Shown: positions 32,246-45,546 of the stretch, piece by piece
Position numbering within the stretch: position 1 is the stretch's first letter
How the letters are laid out: each line of letters starts with the position of its first letter
Assembly: GCA_965112735.1 (NCBI GenBank)
Contig: OZ218958.1
Coordinates: forward strand, 434,001 to 498,000
Reading direction: 5' to 3'
Source of the DNA: Phaeosaccion multiseriatum
Taxonomy: Eukaryota; Protista; Ochrophyta, other classes
Length of the DNA stretch: 64,000 nucleotides
Translations under genes and position numbers: made by a program
The notes under the pieces: generated by a model
Told to the model about the DNA's origin: nothing
Database searches by the model: none
Seen by the model: the letters and a program-made list of their open reading frames with translations, nothing else

Positions 32246-35200
32246 ATGCTGCCGTCCGCAGCGGCAGCACCGGCAGCGAATGGAGGCCCACACTGTCGTA
32301 CTAATGGCGCCCCTCTGCGAGTGTTGCTGCTGCTGCTCCTCGCTTCCATACACGCAGTCAACGCGTTCACGGTGAGACGGGTGCAAGAGTTGTCGATACA
32401 GACATTCTGGCTGTCACTCTTTCTCGTGCTTGGCTTCGGTGGGGCGCTTTTCGCTGCCTAATTGCAGCAAAAATAATCGCCACTACTCATCATGTGTGTG
32501 CTTGTTCTTCGTGTCTACCTGCCCTGACAGGGTTTTACCGGTGTCAAGGTGAACCTGCAGCACAATTCAAAGCCATACTCTACCGCAAGGTCATGGAGAG
32601 CAGCACTGCCTCCGACCGGGGGGAGCAAAGCCAGCCGCCGAGTAAGTGCAATTACAAAGAGAAGGGGGAGCAACAGCCCATTTAGCTGTCTTAACGGTTA
32701 ACCCCCTGATACACGCACTGCCCCCCCTATCCCTTCGTCACGTCCAAGCAGCAGCGCGTGTCGCCCCTCTCGATGGCCTCCGTAGCCTCGTACGAGAATG
32801 GAGATCAAGCGAGTGTCGCAACGAAGGAGGCTCCGGAGCAGCAGCAGACCACCACCAGTAGCAGCAACAGTATCGCCACCACCACCCTGGACAGCAAGCA
32901 GGCCCCCAAGACGGCCGCCACTGGCAGCGGCAAGTACAGACTGCTCAAGCCCAAGCTGGCGGGCTTCAGGGCGGTGACGGACATGTGGGACTTCCTCAGC
33001 GAGGAGGTTGGCGATCAGCCCTGCCTCCGTGACAGCCTGCACGGTACGATGATAATGGCCACGCACATAGGCAATTGATGAGGGACGGAAGAGGGGACGG
33101 AAGAGTATACGGGAGCGCCTCGAGAGGGAAGGATAGGGAGGGAGAGATGAAGGGGAAGGGTCGCCATGATGACCCACCTGCGTCGAAGGCAACTGATGGG
33201 AGGTGGAAGAGGGAACGGAGGGCAGATCTTTCCCGCCATGTCCACTGCAGCTTGCGATTTCAGTGTGTCAAAACTGATGTTAGTTGTGTGTGCCCCTGGT
33301 CGTGTTCCAAGCCTGCCCCTACTCCCCCCCCCCCCCCACCTCCTCCTCCTCCTCCTCCTCCTCCTCCTCTTCCCCAGGGGACGAAACGGTGGAAATGACG
33401 TACGACGAGGCCAAAGCCGGCGTGGAGAGCATGGCTGGAGCGATGCAGTCTCTGGGGGTCGGCAAGGGTGATTGCGTGTCTATATTTGCAGAGAACTCGT
33501 ATCGCTGGCTGCTGGCAGAACAGGGGATTATGAAGGCGGGCGCATGCAATGCCGTGAGAGGCATGGCAGCCCCCCTGGAGGAGCTACAGGTGAGGGAGGG
33601 ATGGAGAGAGGGGGGGCAGGGAGGGATGGAGGGAGAGTGGGTGAGGGATGGAAAGGAACGAGGGAGGAAGGAAGAGGGAAGCGCTTAGCAACCCCACATC
33701 TTACGCCCCCCCCCCGCCCCGTATGTTCATCCGCTCTCTCTTTCTCAATACCCTCTCTGTTTGTCACCCTCCCACGCTCCCTATGTACACCCCACTCACC
33801 CACTCACTTGCAGTATATTTACGACAACAGCCGGAGCAAGGGTGTGTTGGTGGAGAAGGGGAAGCTGCTCAAAGATCTGATGGGGAAGGGGGGGCTTAGT
33901 GGCGAGAATGGCCCTCCAGAGGTGAGTGAGTGAGGGAGGGAGCGGGTGAGTGAGTGGGCGAGTGACTGGGCGAGTGAGGGAATGTTTGGTAGGAGAGTGG
34001 GTGAGTGAGTGATTGAGCGAGCGCACCAGTGAGTCGTGACGCCCTTCCTTGAAAGCGATAGGCCGACCGATCCAGGCAACCCATGATTTGCTTTACCTTT
34101 GCCCTGTCACCTGCCCCTGCTTTGCTGTGCTCCCTCGTTACTTGCCAATGATGCATTCCCTCCCTCGCAGCACGTCAGGTCGCCAGTTCGCCCCTGACTC
34201 TGACTCTGACCCTGACCCTGACCTTGCTCGTGCTCCTCCCGTCTCCCCGCTGAACGTGGGCCCCTCCTGTGTCGCAGTTTTACATGATAATGTACGCCGA
34301 GGGGAAGAGTGGCGATGACTGGAGGAAAGAGTTAGGCCTACCTGAGGGGACGAAGGTGGGTCACTTCAATTGGGAGAGCAGACATATGCGGACAGTGGCG
34401 CTGGGGCTGGTGGGCGACTGTGGTTGCGGTGGCGCGTGTGTTGGGGGGGGGGGGGGGGTTGTGTCACATTGCATAGCCGCTATTGTTGCCTTTCCTCTCC
34501 TCCTCCTCCTCCTCCTCCTCCTCCTCCTCCCCTTCCAAAGCCGCTCATGTTCCTCTTTCTGGCTCTAGTGGCAAGGCACTGCTCTCCTCTGTCGGCGCGG
34601 CTGGTTGACCCCTCTGCCCCAGGGGATCCATAGCTATTCCCCTGAGCAGCCCCTTCTCCTTCTCTTCCCTCCCTCCCTCCCCTCCCTCTCTCCCTCCCTT
34701 CACCCTCCCCTCCCCTCCCTCCCTCTCATCTGTCTCCGAAGGTTGTGACTTTCAGAGAATGCCTTGACATGAAGCATGCATTCAGCCCTGTGGAGATGGA
34801 TCCGAGCATGACTGCGGCAGTGATTTACACATCGGGCACTACAAGTAAGCCCAAGGGGGTGGTGCTCAGACACAGCAACCTCCTACATCAGGTGCGCACA
34901 GAGGGGGATACATATAGAGAAGAGAGAGGGACAGACGGAGAGGCAGCACACAGCACACTCACCACCACCTGCGATGGTACGTCTCTCACCTCTGCATGCC
35001 TCTGGGCCTATATGCCTCTACTGCCTGCATGTCTCCAGATGAACGAGAACAGCTTCGACCGCAAGGGCCGACAGCTCAACGATCCGTGGGTGGGGGACAC
35101 ATTCCTCACCATCCTGCCGTGCTGGCACATCTTCGAGCGGACAGCCGAGTACTTTTGCCTCAGCAGGTGGGTACTGAAGCGAGAGAAGGAGAGGGAGAGA

Positions 35201-37643
35201 CATGCACAGAGGGAGAAGAGGGGAGAGAGATAGAGAGGTCGTACAATTCGCACCCCTCCTGACTGCCGCTCCCTCACTCCCTCTTTCTCTCTCTCTCTCT
35301 CTCTCTCTCGTCCCTCCTGGCCCCTCTTGCAGGGGAGTGAGTATGGTGTACAGCAGCATCCGCACCTTCAAGAAAGACCTTGTCGAGTACAAGCCGCACT
35401 TCCTGATCGCGGTGAGTGAGTTTCAGTTTGTCACTGAGCGTGAGTAAGTCAACGAGTCAGCGAGTGAGTGTGTATGTGAATTGAGTGCTTGTGTGCCTGT
35501 GTGTGATTGAGTGAATGCGCCGGTGAGTGAGGGAGGGAGGGAGGGAGGGAGGGAGTGCGTGAGTGATTAAAGGAATGAGTGAGTGCACCAGTTGAGTGAG
35601 CGAGGGAGGGACAAAGTCAGAGAGTGAGTGACTGTGTGAGGGAGAGAGCGAGTGTGTGCATGAGGGACGGATGGAGCAAGTTTGCTTCCATCACCCCTGC
35701 TGAAGAGTGCTCAATGATTGGGCGCAATGATCAGTTGCCGCCTCTCTCTCTTCTCCCGGTCTTCTCTCTCTATATACATCTCTCTCCTCCTCCTACTCCA
35801 GCCTCAGTTCATTTCTTCAAACGAAGAGCTAGTAGAACGTAGGCACACACCTCACCGCATGACCTCCTCCTCTTCCCCCACCCCGCCCCTCTCTCTGCCT
35901 GTCTCTGGACGGACACCTGCCTGCAGGTCCCTCGACTGTTCGAGACCATCTATAATGGCGTGCAGAACAACTTTAGAAGGCAACCCAAGAGCAAGCAAAA
36001 GGTGTGGCCTCGTGTGTAGAGCATTAGCAGCGTACGGGCAAGGTGCCACACTTTGATTGGGATGGCCTTTTCGGATGCGCGCATTTGGCCTCTCTGACTG
36101 TCGGTGTGTGCGTGAGCCCCTCAGCACATGATCCACTGCCGATGCCTGAAAGTACCCCCCTCACGCACCCGCCCGCCCTTTGCGCCCCCTCCCCCCCACC
36201 GCCCACATGCACACACGCCCCCACCCACTCACTTACCCACAACACACGTACGTACTTACCCACACACACGCACCACACGCGTATCCACACGCACCCACAC
36301 TCCCCCCCCCCTCGGTTACAGCTGGTGGCGGCGTTCACGGCGATTTCGATGCTGCATATTCGACTGAAGCGGTTATACACAGGCATGGTCATCGCCGAGG
36401 CGGTAAGAAGACACAGACAGCAGCAGCTGGTGATACGGCAGCAGCCCCAGCGCGGCACGTGAGCACAGGCTTCACCCGCTTCATACGCCCCACTCTGCTC
36501 TGCTCTCCTCTCCATGGAGTGCGAGCAGAGCAAACGCACTTCCACGTTTTCGACCTGCGCACCCCACCCCACCTCACCCTCACCCCACGTCAGTCTGCTG
36601 CTGGTGCTGCTGCCCTTCGCCTATGTTTACCGTCCCTCACCGTCCCTCACCCTCCCTCCTTCCTCTCCTACCCATGTTTTGTCTTTGGTGGGTTCCTCTG
36701 TGCGTTGCTCTTCCAACGCATATGGGTTGGTGGTGGTGGTGCTGCTGCTTGGGTCTCAGCCCCCCAACCCTGCGACGAAGGCGGGGGCCTTGGCGCTGGA
36801 CTTTCTCATGTACCCTTTGGTGGCTCTAGCGGACAAACTTGTGTGGTCCAAGGTCCGGGACGGCCTCGGGGGGAGGCTCAAGTGCATCGTCAGCGGCGGG
36901 TCGTCACTGGTAAGGAGGCATATGGGCAGGCAGACAGGCATATAGGCAGGCAGATAGATGCCTATGGGCATATGGGCAGTCAGGAGAGGAGGAGCAGCCG
37001 GGAGTTGGGGGGAGGAAGAAGGACTCCTCGTTCCTCTCCGCTTTTTCTTTTAATAGTCGTACACCTAACATTGCTGCTCCCCGTTCTCTGGGCCCCCGTA
37101 TCGTAACTCTGTGGCCCACGCAACACCTACGTAACACCTACGTAACGCCTACGTAACGCCTGCCTACGTAACGGAACAGGGCGTTGCGCTGGAAGACTTC
37201 TTCGAGATGACGCGACAGACGGTGCTCGTGGGATACGGCCTCACTGAGACCTCCCCTGTCATATGCAACAGGGTGCACGAGCACAACCTGAAGGTAAAGG
37301 GTGGTGGGCGGATGGGTGGGTCAGCGGGAGGGTGGGTAGGTCGGTGGGTAAATTAGTGAGTTGGTGGGACACACGAGAAGAGAAGAGGAGATGAGAGGGG
37401 TGCGGGTGGGCGGCTCGGACACAAAGAGAAGAGAGAGGAAAAGGGAGTACAGAGAGGGAATGTGAGGGGAAAGCTCAATCTGTTTTGCTGCCTTCCCTCC
37501 TGCTACTCTGTACATCGGTCCCTTGCACTCTGTGCATGTGTCCCTTTCTTGCCGCGGTCTCTGGTGCATGTCAATGCTCTTTCCTTGCACATCCCCCCGC
37601 CCGCCATTTTCCTCCTTACCCCCTCTCTCTCCCTCCCTCCCTC

Positions 37644-37701
<58 letters not shown>

Positions 37702-38474
37702 TCTCTCTCTCCCTCCCCTCCCGCCCCACTCCCCTCCCCTCCGTCCACGCGCTGGCTGGGCTGGCTATACCACCAACCGTACACCTGCACAGGGCTCAAT
37801 CGGCTTCCCTCCACCAGGCACGACATTGAAGATTGTGGACCCTGACACACATAAGCCCGTGACCATTGGTCAGGTGGGGCAGATCTGGGCCAAGGGGCCG
37901 CAGATCACGAGGGAGTACAACAGAGACGAGGCGGCCACAGAGGCTGCTTTCGACAAGTACGGTTTCTTTGACACAGGTTGGTGAGGAGTGGGGGGGGGGG
38001 GGGTGAGGGGCGTCATGGTGTCAGGTGTCAGGACAGAGGGGTGAGGGGTGAGGGGTCAGGTGTCAGGGGTGGAGGGTGAAAGGAAGGAGTGGGTGGGTAG
38101 GTGTGTGGGTGTGTGTGAGAGATCGAAGGAAGGGCTGTGTGTGTTTTGAGTGTAGATGGGTGGAGAGGGGCGTGTGGGAGGGTGAGGGAGGGGAGAAGAG
38201 TGAGGATGAGGATCACGACAGAGGTGCTGTCCCTGTCTCTCGAGGAGACTTTTGCTTGAGAGGCCTCCCAACGCACGAGATACGCGTACAAGGGGTGCGC
38301 AGATGTACAGCCTTGCATGACGCTCTCTGGGGGTGGGTATGTAGGGCAAGCTCTGTCCTCCATCCATCGCCCTGCTGACTTTTGATTCCTGCGCCCCACC
38401 TCTCCCATCCTGCTCCTCATCTCTGCCCTCCGCCCCTGTATCTCCCCCCCCTCGTCACGTTCCTCCTCCTCCTC

Positions 38475-38554
<80 letters not shown>

Positions 38555-38839
38555 GCTACTACTACTACTATTACTACTACTCCAACTACTACTACTACTT
38601 GTACTGCTGTGTGAAGGTGACTTGGGGCGAGTCAACGGCGCCACCGGAGACTTCATTCTGACGGGGCGGGCCAAAGACACCATTGTGCTGTCCAATGGGG
38701 AGAACATCGAGCCCCAGCCCATCGAAGACGTCATCGTGGGGGAGTGCAAGCTCGTCGACCAGGCCACTCTTGTGGGGCAGGTGAGTATGTGTGTGTGGGT
38801 GTGTGTGTGCGTGCGCGGGGGGGTGCACGTCAGTGATTG

Positions 38840-38877
<38 letters not shown>

Positions 38878-39028
38878 TGTAGAAGAGAGACGGAGTGACA
38901 GTGTGTGTGTGCGCGATGGAGGAGAGAGACGGAGTGTTGGGGGAAGGAGGAAGGCACGGCGCTGCGGCGTACAAGCACCCCCCCCTGGCAAGAACCCTTG
39001 CTTGTTCGTTGGTGCCGAAGAGAGTCTC

Positions 39029-39094
<66 letters not shown>

Positions 39095-39798
39095 GACACT
39101 CTAAGGCTGAGCGCAAGTAACTTGCAACCCTCTACCCTGCCCTCTGCGCTGCCTGGCTACCCCTCAGGACGAGCGCTCGCTGGGTGCCATTCTGACCCTG
39201 AACCCTCTGGAGCTGGCCGCGGCCGGATTAATCTCGGACGACGAGGGGCGCAAATTCTCGCGTCTGTTGGGGTCCACACCGCTGTCGACGGGCGTGGTCG
39301 GGTCAAGCGAAGAGATGGCGGAGGCCACAGAGCGGCTGTGTAACGACAAATCCATCAACGTGAGTGAAGGAGAGAGGGAGGGAGGAGGGAGGTTTCCCTG
39401 TTCAAGGGGCTCTTAGGGGCTCTTATCTTTCGCCGTGGTTGGTCGTGTCTTGTCTCTTTCCTCTTCTCGCTCCTGTCCTCCTCTCCCTCTGTCACCCCTC
39501 TCCTTCTTTCCACCCCACGCCCCCCTCTCTCTTCCGCCACATCCACTGCCATCTACTCACCATGCCAACACTCCCATCATCACACGCCTTCACACATCAT
39601 CGTCATCAGGCCGCCGTGAAGGCAAGTGTCAAGAAGGCCCTGGAGAACTTCCGTGCGTGGGAGCAAGTGCAGAGCGTGCACCTCATCCTGGAGCCGATGG
39701 GCATCACCAACGGGTTGCTCACGCAGACGCTCAAGGTGAAACGGCCGGTTGTTGCCACCCGCTTCGAGAAAGAGATTGCGGCCCTGTACAAAAAGTGA
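32246..39798 (+). CDS. Long-chain acyl-activating enzyme (AMP-binding family), AAE15/cyanobacterial Aas-like, with bipartite plastid presequence; multi-exon
   Basis: Motifs IYTSGTTSKPKGVVLRHSNLLHQ, LPCWHIFER, GYGLTETSPV, FDTGDLG (spliced), LTGRAKDTIVLSNGENIEPQPIED and LTQTLKVKR. Exon 1 32246..32371 ends LLLLLLASIHAVNA-FT, followed by a basic Ser/Thr-rich transit-like exon. Confidence 0.9.
38475..38598. repeat. (CTA)n intronic microsatellite; (CT)n at ~37650-37710 and (GT)n at ~39030-39092 in other introns of the same gene
   Basis: Direct reading. Confidence 0.95.
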
Positions 39799-39949
39799 AC
39801 ACAGAGCAGCATTGGCACTGATCGGGAGGCAGTGAGCAGCAGCAGTTGGGCGGGGGGCGGGGGCGAGGCGCACACGACAACGAGTATGATAGGAAGACCA
39901 TGGGGAGAGAGCACGGGTGAATGGAAACCTTAACTGCCACGCAAAGAGA

Positions 39950-39980
<31 letters not shown>

Positions 39981-40849
39981 GTCGTGGAGGCCAGAGAGGC
40001 GAGGAGCAGAAGGTTGCCGGGAAAGAAATTCTTTTGCTCCTGGCATACGAAGTTTTGACGGTACAAGGTATCGAGTATCAAGTTTACAGTAAAAGTCATA
40101 ATGAGGAGGAGGAAAAAAGGAGTATTATATGGTAACATGTTGAACTGAGTTACGAATTAAGACACCTCCGTTTTAGAGACACCCAAACGACACCCATCAA
40201 CTACTGTTTTAGGAAGTTTGAAAATGCGCATCGTGTTGCCCTCGTCGAGACAAGTCGAATGCCGGCATCTTGCCTCCGGCAACCCCTCTATCAAGTTCAG
40301 ATCTATGGCCCTGCAGCGTGTGGAGGCCTAAAATGCTGAAATTCCTGTTCTGCGGGTCTTACGTAATGGTGTCTTGCAGCCCGATCCCCGAGGGCCCTCC
40401 CTCCCCCCCCCTTCTTACAGTGTTGTTTAGTATCCTTGCCCCCCCCTGTTAAGCGGTCGAGCAGCTTTTGGGACGCGCGTAGGGGGAGTGCAACAAGACC
40501 CTCAGAATTGCCCTCCTCAAATCGCCTTTGAGGGTTCGGAGGTGAGCGAGCCCCCTTCCATGGAATGACGGGTGTTGAACTGAGGCTCAGGTGGGTAAGC
40601 TACATTTGTCTATTTAAAATTGTACATAGGACCGCTTCGTACAGGCGATAAACGCCGTCACTCTACTCATAAAAGAAGGGGGGTGCCTCACTGACTTCGC
40701 TCTGGGGGGTGTTTCGTGGTGACTCAAAATACGGCAGATGTTGATCCCAAGAAACTTAAGTGCTGAGAGCGGCTCTACTGCCACACTCCGCGATTAAAGA
40801 CGAAAGCCAGGAGCTCCTCCCCCTTCCGGTCAAGGGATTTGGTAGCTGC

Positions 40850-41503
40850 TTAGTTCCATGTGTAGGCCTGTCCGAGGATGTCGTTGATGATGTAGGGGCG
40901 TCCGTTGAGCTGCTCGTGGACCATGAGGGCGAGGATGCCCATCTGTGCGGCGCGGCCGTTGTTGAGCTCGATGGAGCGCTTGCGGCTCTGGGTCTCCTCG
41001 TCCCACGATGCCCAGGTGGAGTTCTCTCCGAACCTGTTCATGTCACCGGGGGTGGAGCCCTCCACCTGCTGCATGACGGCCAGCTCGAGGATGCCGATGA
41101 AGGCAACCAGCTGGGCAATACCGGCGGCGGGGATCTTAGAGAAGGCTGCCAGGCCGTTGGGCACGTCCGTGAACTTAATGTTCTCGGAGATGGACAGGTA
41201 TCCGGGCAGGCGCACGTTCTGCTGCACAAGGTGACCAGCGATGGCAAGCATGGAGATGCGTCCGTGCTTCACCTCGACGTATCGGAGTCGGTCGAATCGC
41301 TCCTGGTCGGCGTCGTTCAGGAGTCCGAGGGGGTCGAAGAATCCCAGAGGGGCCTGTGCTCCCTCGGCGTCCTCGAAGGCCATCTTCATGCTGCTGGAGC
41401 TCTTGGGGGCCTTGGCAACCGCGCTGCCGGTGAAGGCGGTGGGTGCCACGAAGGCGGAGGCGCACCCGAGGGTGGCCATGGCGGCGATGCAGGCGGTCTT
41501 CAT
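40850..41503 (-). CDS. Lhcf: Fucoxanthin-chlorophyll a/c-binding light-harvesting protein (FCP/Lhcf), copy 1, 217 aa
   Basis: Bipartite presequence MKTACIAAMATLGCASA-FVAP. LHC motifs PLGFFDPLG, EVKHGRISMLA, ELNNGRAAQMG. A 5'-UTR intron 41505..41671 ends one base before the ATG. Confidence 0.97.
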   Translation of the reverse strand: MKTACIAAMATLGCASAFVAPTAFTGSAVAKAPKSSSSMKMAFEDAEGAQAPLGFFDPLGLLNDADQERFDRLRYVEVKHGRISMLAIAGHLVQQNVRLPGYLSISENIKFTDVPNGLAAFSKIPAAGIAQLVAFIGILELAVMQQVEGSTPGDMNRFGENSTWASWDEETQSRKRSIELNNGRAAQMGILALMVHEQLNGRPYIINDILGQAYTWN

Positions 41504-41869
41504 GCTGCGGAGAGAAGAGAAGAAAGGGGTAGGGTGGGAAAACGGGAGGACGGGGTGAGAAGGGGAATGCAAATCGCTTGACAAAAATAATAGACCACTT
41601 GATCCTTCTTCCTCGCTGCTCGCCTTCCTCCCTGCCGCCCCTCCTCCTCTTCCCTGCAGTGCAGCACTCACTTGATGGTGGTAAAAAGTCTTCAAAAGAA
41701 AGAGAGGAGGAGATGTTTTTGGATTGTGATTAGTTCCCATTGGTTTCCTTCCCTCGCGACGTCAACCCCGTCAACCAAATTTGGGGATTACCCTCAAGCG
41801 CCGGAAACCCGCCCCGGAGGACAGGAAACTGGCACTGTTTTCGCTTCTCAACAACAAGTCTTGTACAAG

Positions 41870-44510
41870 GCCAGGATGGTGGGGAAAGGGCGGGGTCTTG
41901 GCCTCTCCCCACATGTGTAGTAACGTCTCTTCTCTTGCCTCTCCCCTCCCATCTCTCTCTCGCCCTTCCTTTCTCCTGCTGTCTCGACACAAGGGATTGA
42001 GAACGAGGAGGGGGAGAAAGTAGAAGGAGAGAAGGAGAAGCTTGCAGGGTTTTGCCGCGGGAGCGAGAGGCTTCGAAGAGCATTCTGTCAAATGGCCCAA
42101 GAGGTAAGCGTGGCGAGAGGCCGTCTATTGGTCGCGATTCGTCGTCCATTCTTCACAGGCTGGCGCACTGCTCTGGTTAGTCCTGCCACCGCTTGGTACC
42201 GTCCTACGTGCTGTCGTGGCGCTGCCGCGTGCGGTTGCTGTCTCGGCGTATCGTTTCCTCCTCCTTTGCCTCTCTCGCTCCTTTTTTGTCTTCTCTTCTC
42301 CTTGCCTCTCGATCTTCTTCTCCTATTCCCTTGCCTCCTTCCCTCCCTCTCCCTTGCCTTCTCCCTCTCCCTCCCCCTTCCTTCTCTTGTCCTTCTCTCT
42401 TGCCCCCTTCCTTCTCTTGTCCTTGGGTTCTGACTTCCTCCCCCCCTCCCTTGCTACCCTCGCTCCTTCTCCCTATCCCTTTCCTCCCCCTCCTCCCTCC
42501 TGTTCGTTCTGCCATCCGTTGGCATGGTACTGCGTTGATTCGGATCTGATACACTGGTGCTTGTGACAGGCTCTCTACAGGGATCTCGCCCCCCTACGGG
42601 CATCTCTAAAGGGCGAGCAGGAGGCCCTGCTTGCTCTCTTTTCTGGGCTTGGCTTCACCTGTCTCCCCCAGTGTGCTTCATTGGAGTGGACACACGAAGC
42701 GCCCTGCCGCTGTGCTTGGTGTCTTGCGAAGTCATGTGAGTACGTGTAGAGTCCCTCTGATCCATACCTACGATGTTCTGCTGCTACTACTACTACTACT
42801 AATACTACTGCTGCTTGTTGCCGTGGCTCTGCTCCATTTAGCATGCCTCTTCACGCTCTTGCGTCGAGAAGGACAGCAGCAGGGACAGCACGCAATGGGC
42901 ACGCCAAAGTCTGCCCCCAGATGACCTAATTCTTCAATTCTGCCCCCCACCCCCCCCGTGCGGTCTGGCTTCTGCTGTCTGGCCTCTGACCGTGTCCTGT
43001 TGTTGCCGCTTTCGTTCATCAGCAGAGCGCACTCGAGGTCCAGTGCAGAAGCAGCAGTTTCCTTGATGATCGTCAGTAGCAAGGGCAGCAGCAGGGGCAC
43101 CGCCGGCCGACCCATGGAGTGCCATCTGCTTCGAGGCTCGGAAAAGGCCGTGGTGTAGACTCCAGCTTCTGCAGCAGGGCCGTACAGACCAGCAGCACCA
43201 CTGCCTCCATAGAAGGAGAAGGGAGAAGAGTGTACACCAGCCCCGGCTCCAGTAGCAGCATGAGCTATAGTAGCAACAGCAGCAGCACCAGGAGCGACAG
43301 GGGCATCACTGGAGGGAGTAGGCGGGCAAGTGGGGTGGCGACTCCGCGGCAGCAGCCGCCGCAGTAGCGGCAAGATGGCGCTGGTCTGCGGTGGGAAGAA
43401 ACAGTAGAAACAGCGGCTGCAGCATTCAGTGCTAGTACCCAGAGAGGGGGTGGATGGGGGAGCCCGTTGGAAGGAGCCGAAGGAGTAGGCGAGCCTTCCT
43501 GAAGCGGCGGAGCAGCATTGTTGGAAAGCAGCTGTATCAGTAGCAGTAGGGCCGACTCTGCTGCCGCATCCTTCCGCTGCGGCAGCAGCTGGCACCAGCA
43601 ACGCACGGTGTGGGGCGCAGCTGGCACCAGCAACGCACGGTGTGGCTATCGGGCAAGTTTCTCAGGCCCAGGGAGTCCGAGGGAAAGTCGGTACGTGACG
43701 GCAAAGGGTGGCACGCTCAATACCATTCGCTCATGCTGCAACTTGTCGCCTTATGCTCTCGCCTGCATCTCCTTTACCGTGGACCTCTCGCACGTCACTC
43801 ACTTTCTCACTCACTCACGCACCGAGCCACCCACCCGCTCCCAATCACTCAAATCACTCACTCACTTACTCACTTCACTCACTCACTCACTCACTCACTC
43901 CCTCGCCCAGGCACATACTCACGCACTCACTCACTCACTCACTCATGCACTCACTCAATCTCGCACTCGCTCACTCACTCACTCACTCACTCAACTCACT
44001 CGTTCGCTCACTCACTCTCGCACTCACTCACTCACTCATTCACTCACTCACCCACTCACTCACTCACTCACTCACTCACTCATCACTCACTCGCTGACTC
44101 AACTCCTTAATCCTCACTCCAGTTCACCCCTTTACGCGCGCGCTCACCCACTGAGGCGCTTGCTCATTCACTCAAGTCACTCGCCCACTCACTCACACAT
44201 TCTTAATCACACCCCCTACTCACTCACGCACTCACCTCCCCCTCCCCCCCTCAAAACCGTATCCTCCTCGGCGACGCTCAGGGCACCAAGAAGGACGTCA
44301 AGTACCTGCGTGGTGTGATTCAATGCATGGCCCAGTGCGAGCAGCCCACTGGGAGGGCTCCCCGAGACTGGTCCGAGTGTCTAGGGAGGTGCCAGGCGGA
44401 AGCGTGCTTCAGCTACGAGCAGTGCACCTACGATACAAACCTCATTCGCACGTTTTTGTGGGCAGATGAGGGCATGAGAGAGACACAAAAGATAGGAGAG
44501 ATACAGTGAG
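41870..44510 (+). pseudogene. Decayed multi-exon gene in the FCP spacer (paralogous remnants in every spacer)
   Basis: Conserved plus-strand splice signals (AAGAG|GTAAGC...ttcacag|, GCAT|GTGAGT, GTCG|GTACGT, gacgctcag|) and a Cys-rich exon GTKKDVKYLRGVIQCMAQCEQ...CLGRCQAEACFSYEQC at 44282. That exon is disrupted differently at ~54033, ~58703 and ~63001. Confidence 0.45.
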
Positions 44511-45546
44511 TACAAATTGTACATTGACGAAGACTTTACAGACAGGGGTGTGTGACGACTGCCCAGGCGTCTGCGTGGTCAGCAAAGAGAGGGGTGAACG
44601 CCCACTCAGATGGGCGAAAGCTCTTCGCTTTCCTCACCTCCCCTCGCCTCCGTTAGCCTGGGCGTTGATGGAGGAGTGCCGGTGCAGCAGCAGCGGGAGG
44701 AGGACGTTGGTGGCGCATCTGCCAGTGAGAGGAAACGGCGGCAGCGACGGCAGAGGCAGTCTGTGAGGCAGGTTGAAGAGTACTATCAATTTGGCACTGG
44801 GGCGTGGGGCGACCTCGGTTTGGCAAGCCCAAGAGCCTTCCGCGCCTGGCTCGCGCAATAGGGTCTAGTCTTACGCGGGAGAGCGGGTGCGAGAAGTTTG
44901 AGCCAGCTTTTGGCTTAGAGGCGGGAGAGCCAGAGGCTGCAGAGGGACCGGCGGCAGGAGATTCGGAAGCAGCGTTGGAAGCAGCGTCGGAAGCAGCGAG
45001 AGAAAGAGGACAAAGAATGGGTGGGGGGTGATGTTCATCCGCAGACCGAGCGGCAGCACCGGCAGCAGCAGGAGGAGGAGAGGCGTCGGGAGAAGAAGCG
45101 GCAGCGGAAGAGCAGCTTCCAGAGTGAACGTCACCCCGCACCCCTTTATTGTCCTCCTTCTCTCGCTGCTTCCGCCGCTTCTTCTGCACCTCTCACCACG
45201 CACACGAGCAGACACACGGAGTCTGCTGGTGATGTATTAAGTCGAAACAGTGCGTACATAGATGGAGACTTCCATCCCCAGGCAGCGACAGAGAAGGTGC
45301 TCAATAGAAGGCCTTTGCGTACCACACACACAGAGTCTGTGTACTAAGACAGAGATAATGTGTACGTAAATGGAGGCAGCGACAGAGAGCGTTCAATACA
45401 ACTTGGAGTCACGAGAAAATATCTGTAAAGCCCTCATTCCTTTATTTACATATGGACAGTCGTCTCCCTTCAAGAGAGCGAAAGTAAAGTCTAGCTATAA
45501 CCAATGTCTAAGTTCCCTGGCAGCGTCACATACGACAACAAACTCC

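Noticed and set aside
40760-41581. Long plus-strand ORFs overlapping each FCP gene (also 45370, 49980, 54557, 59016)
   Set aside because: Antisense shadows of GC3-rich FCP codons, with no recognisable protein features.
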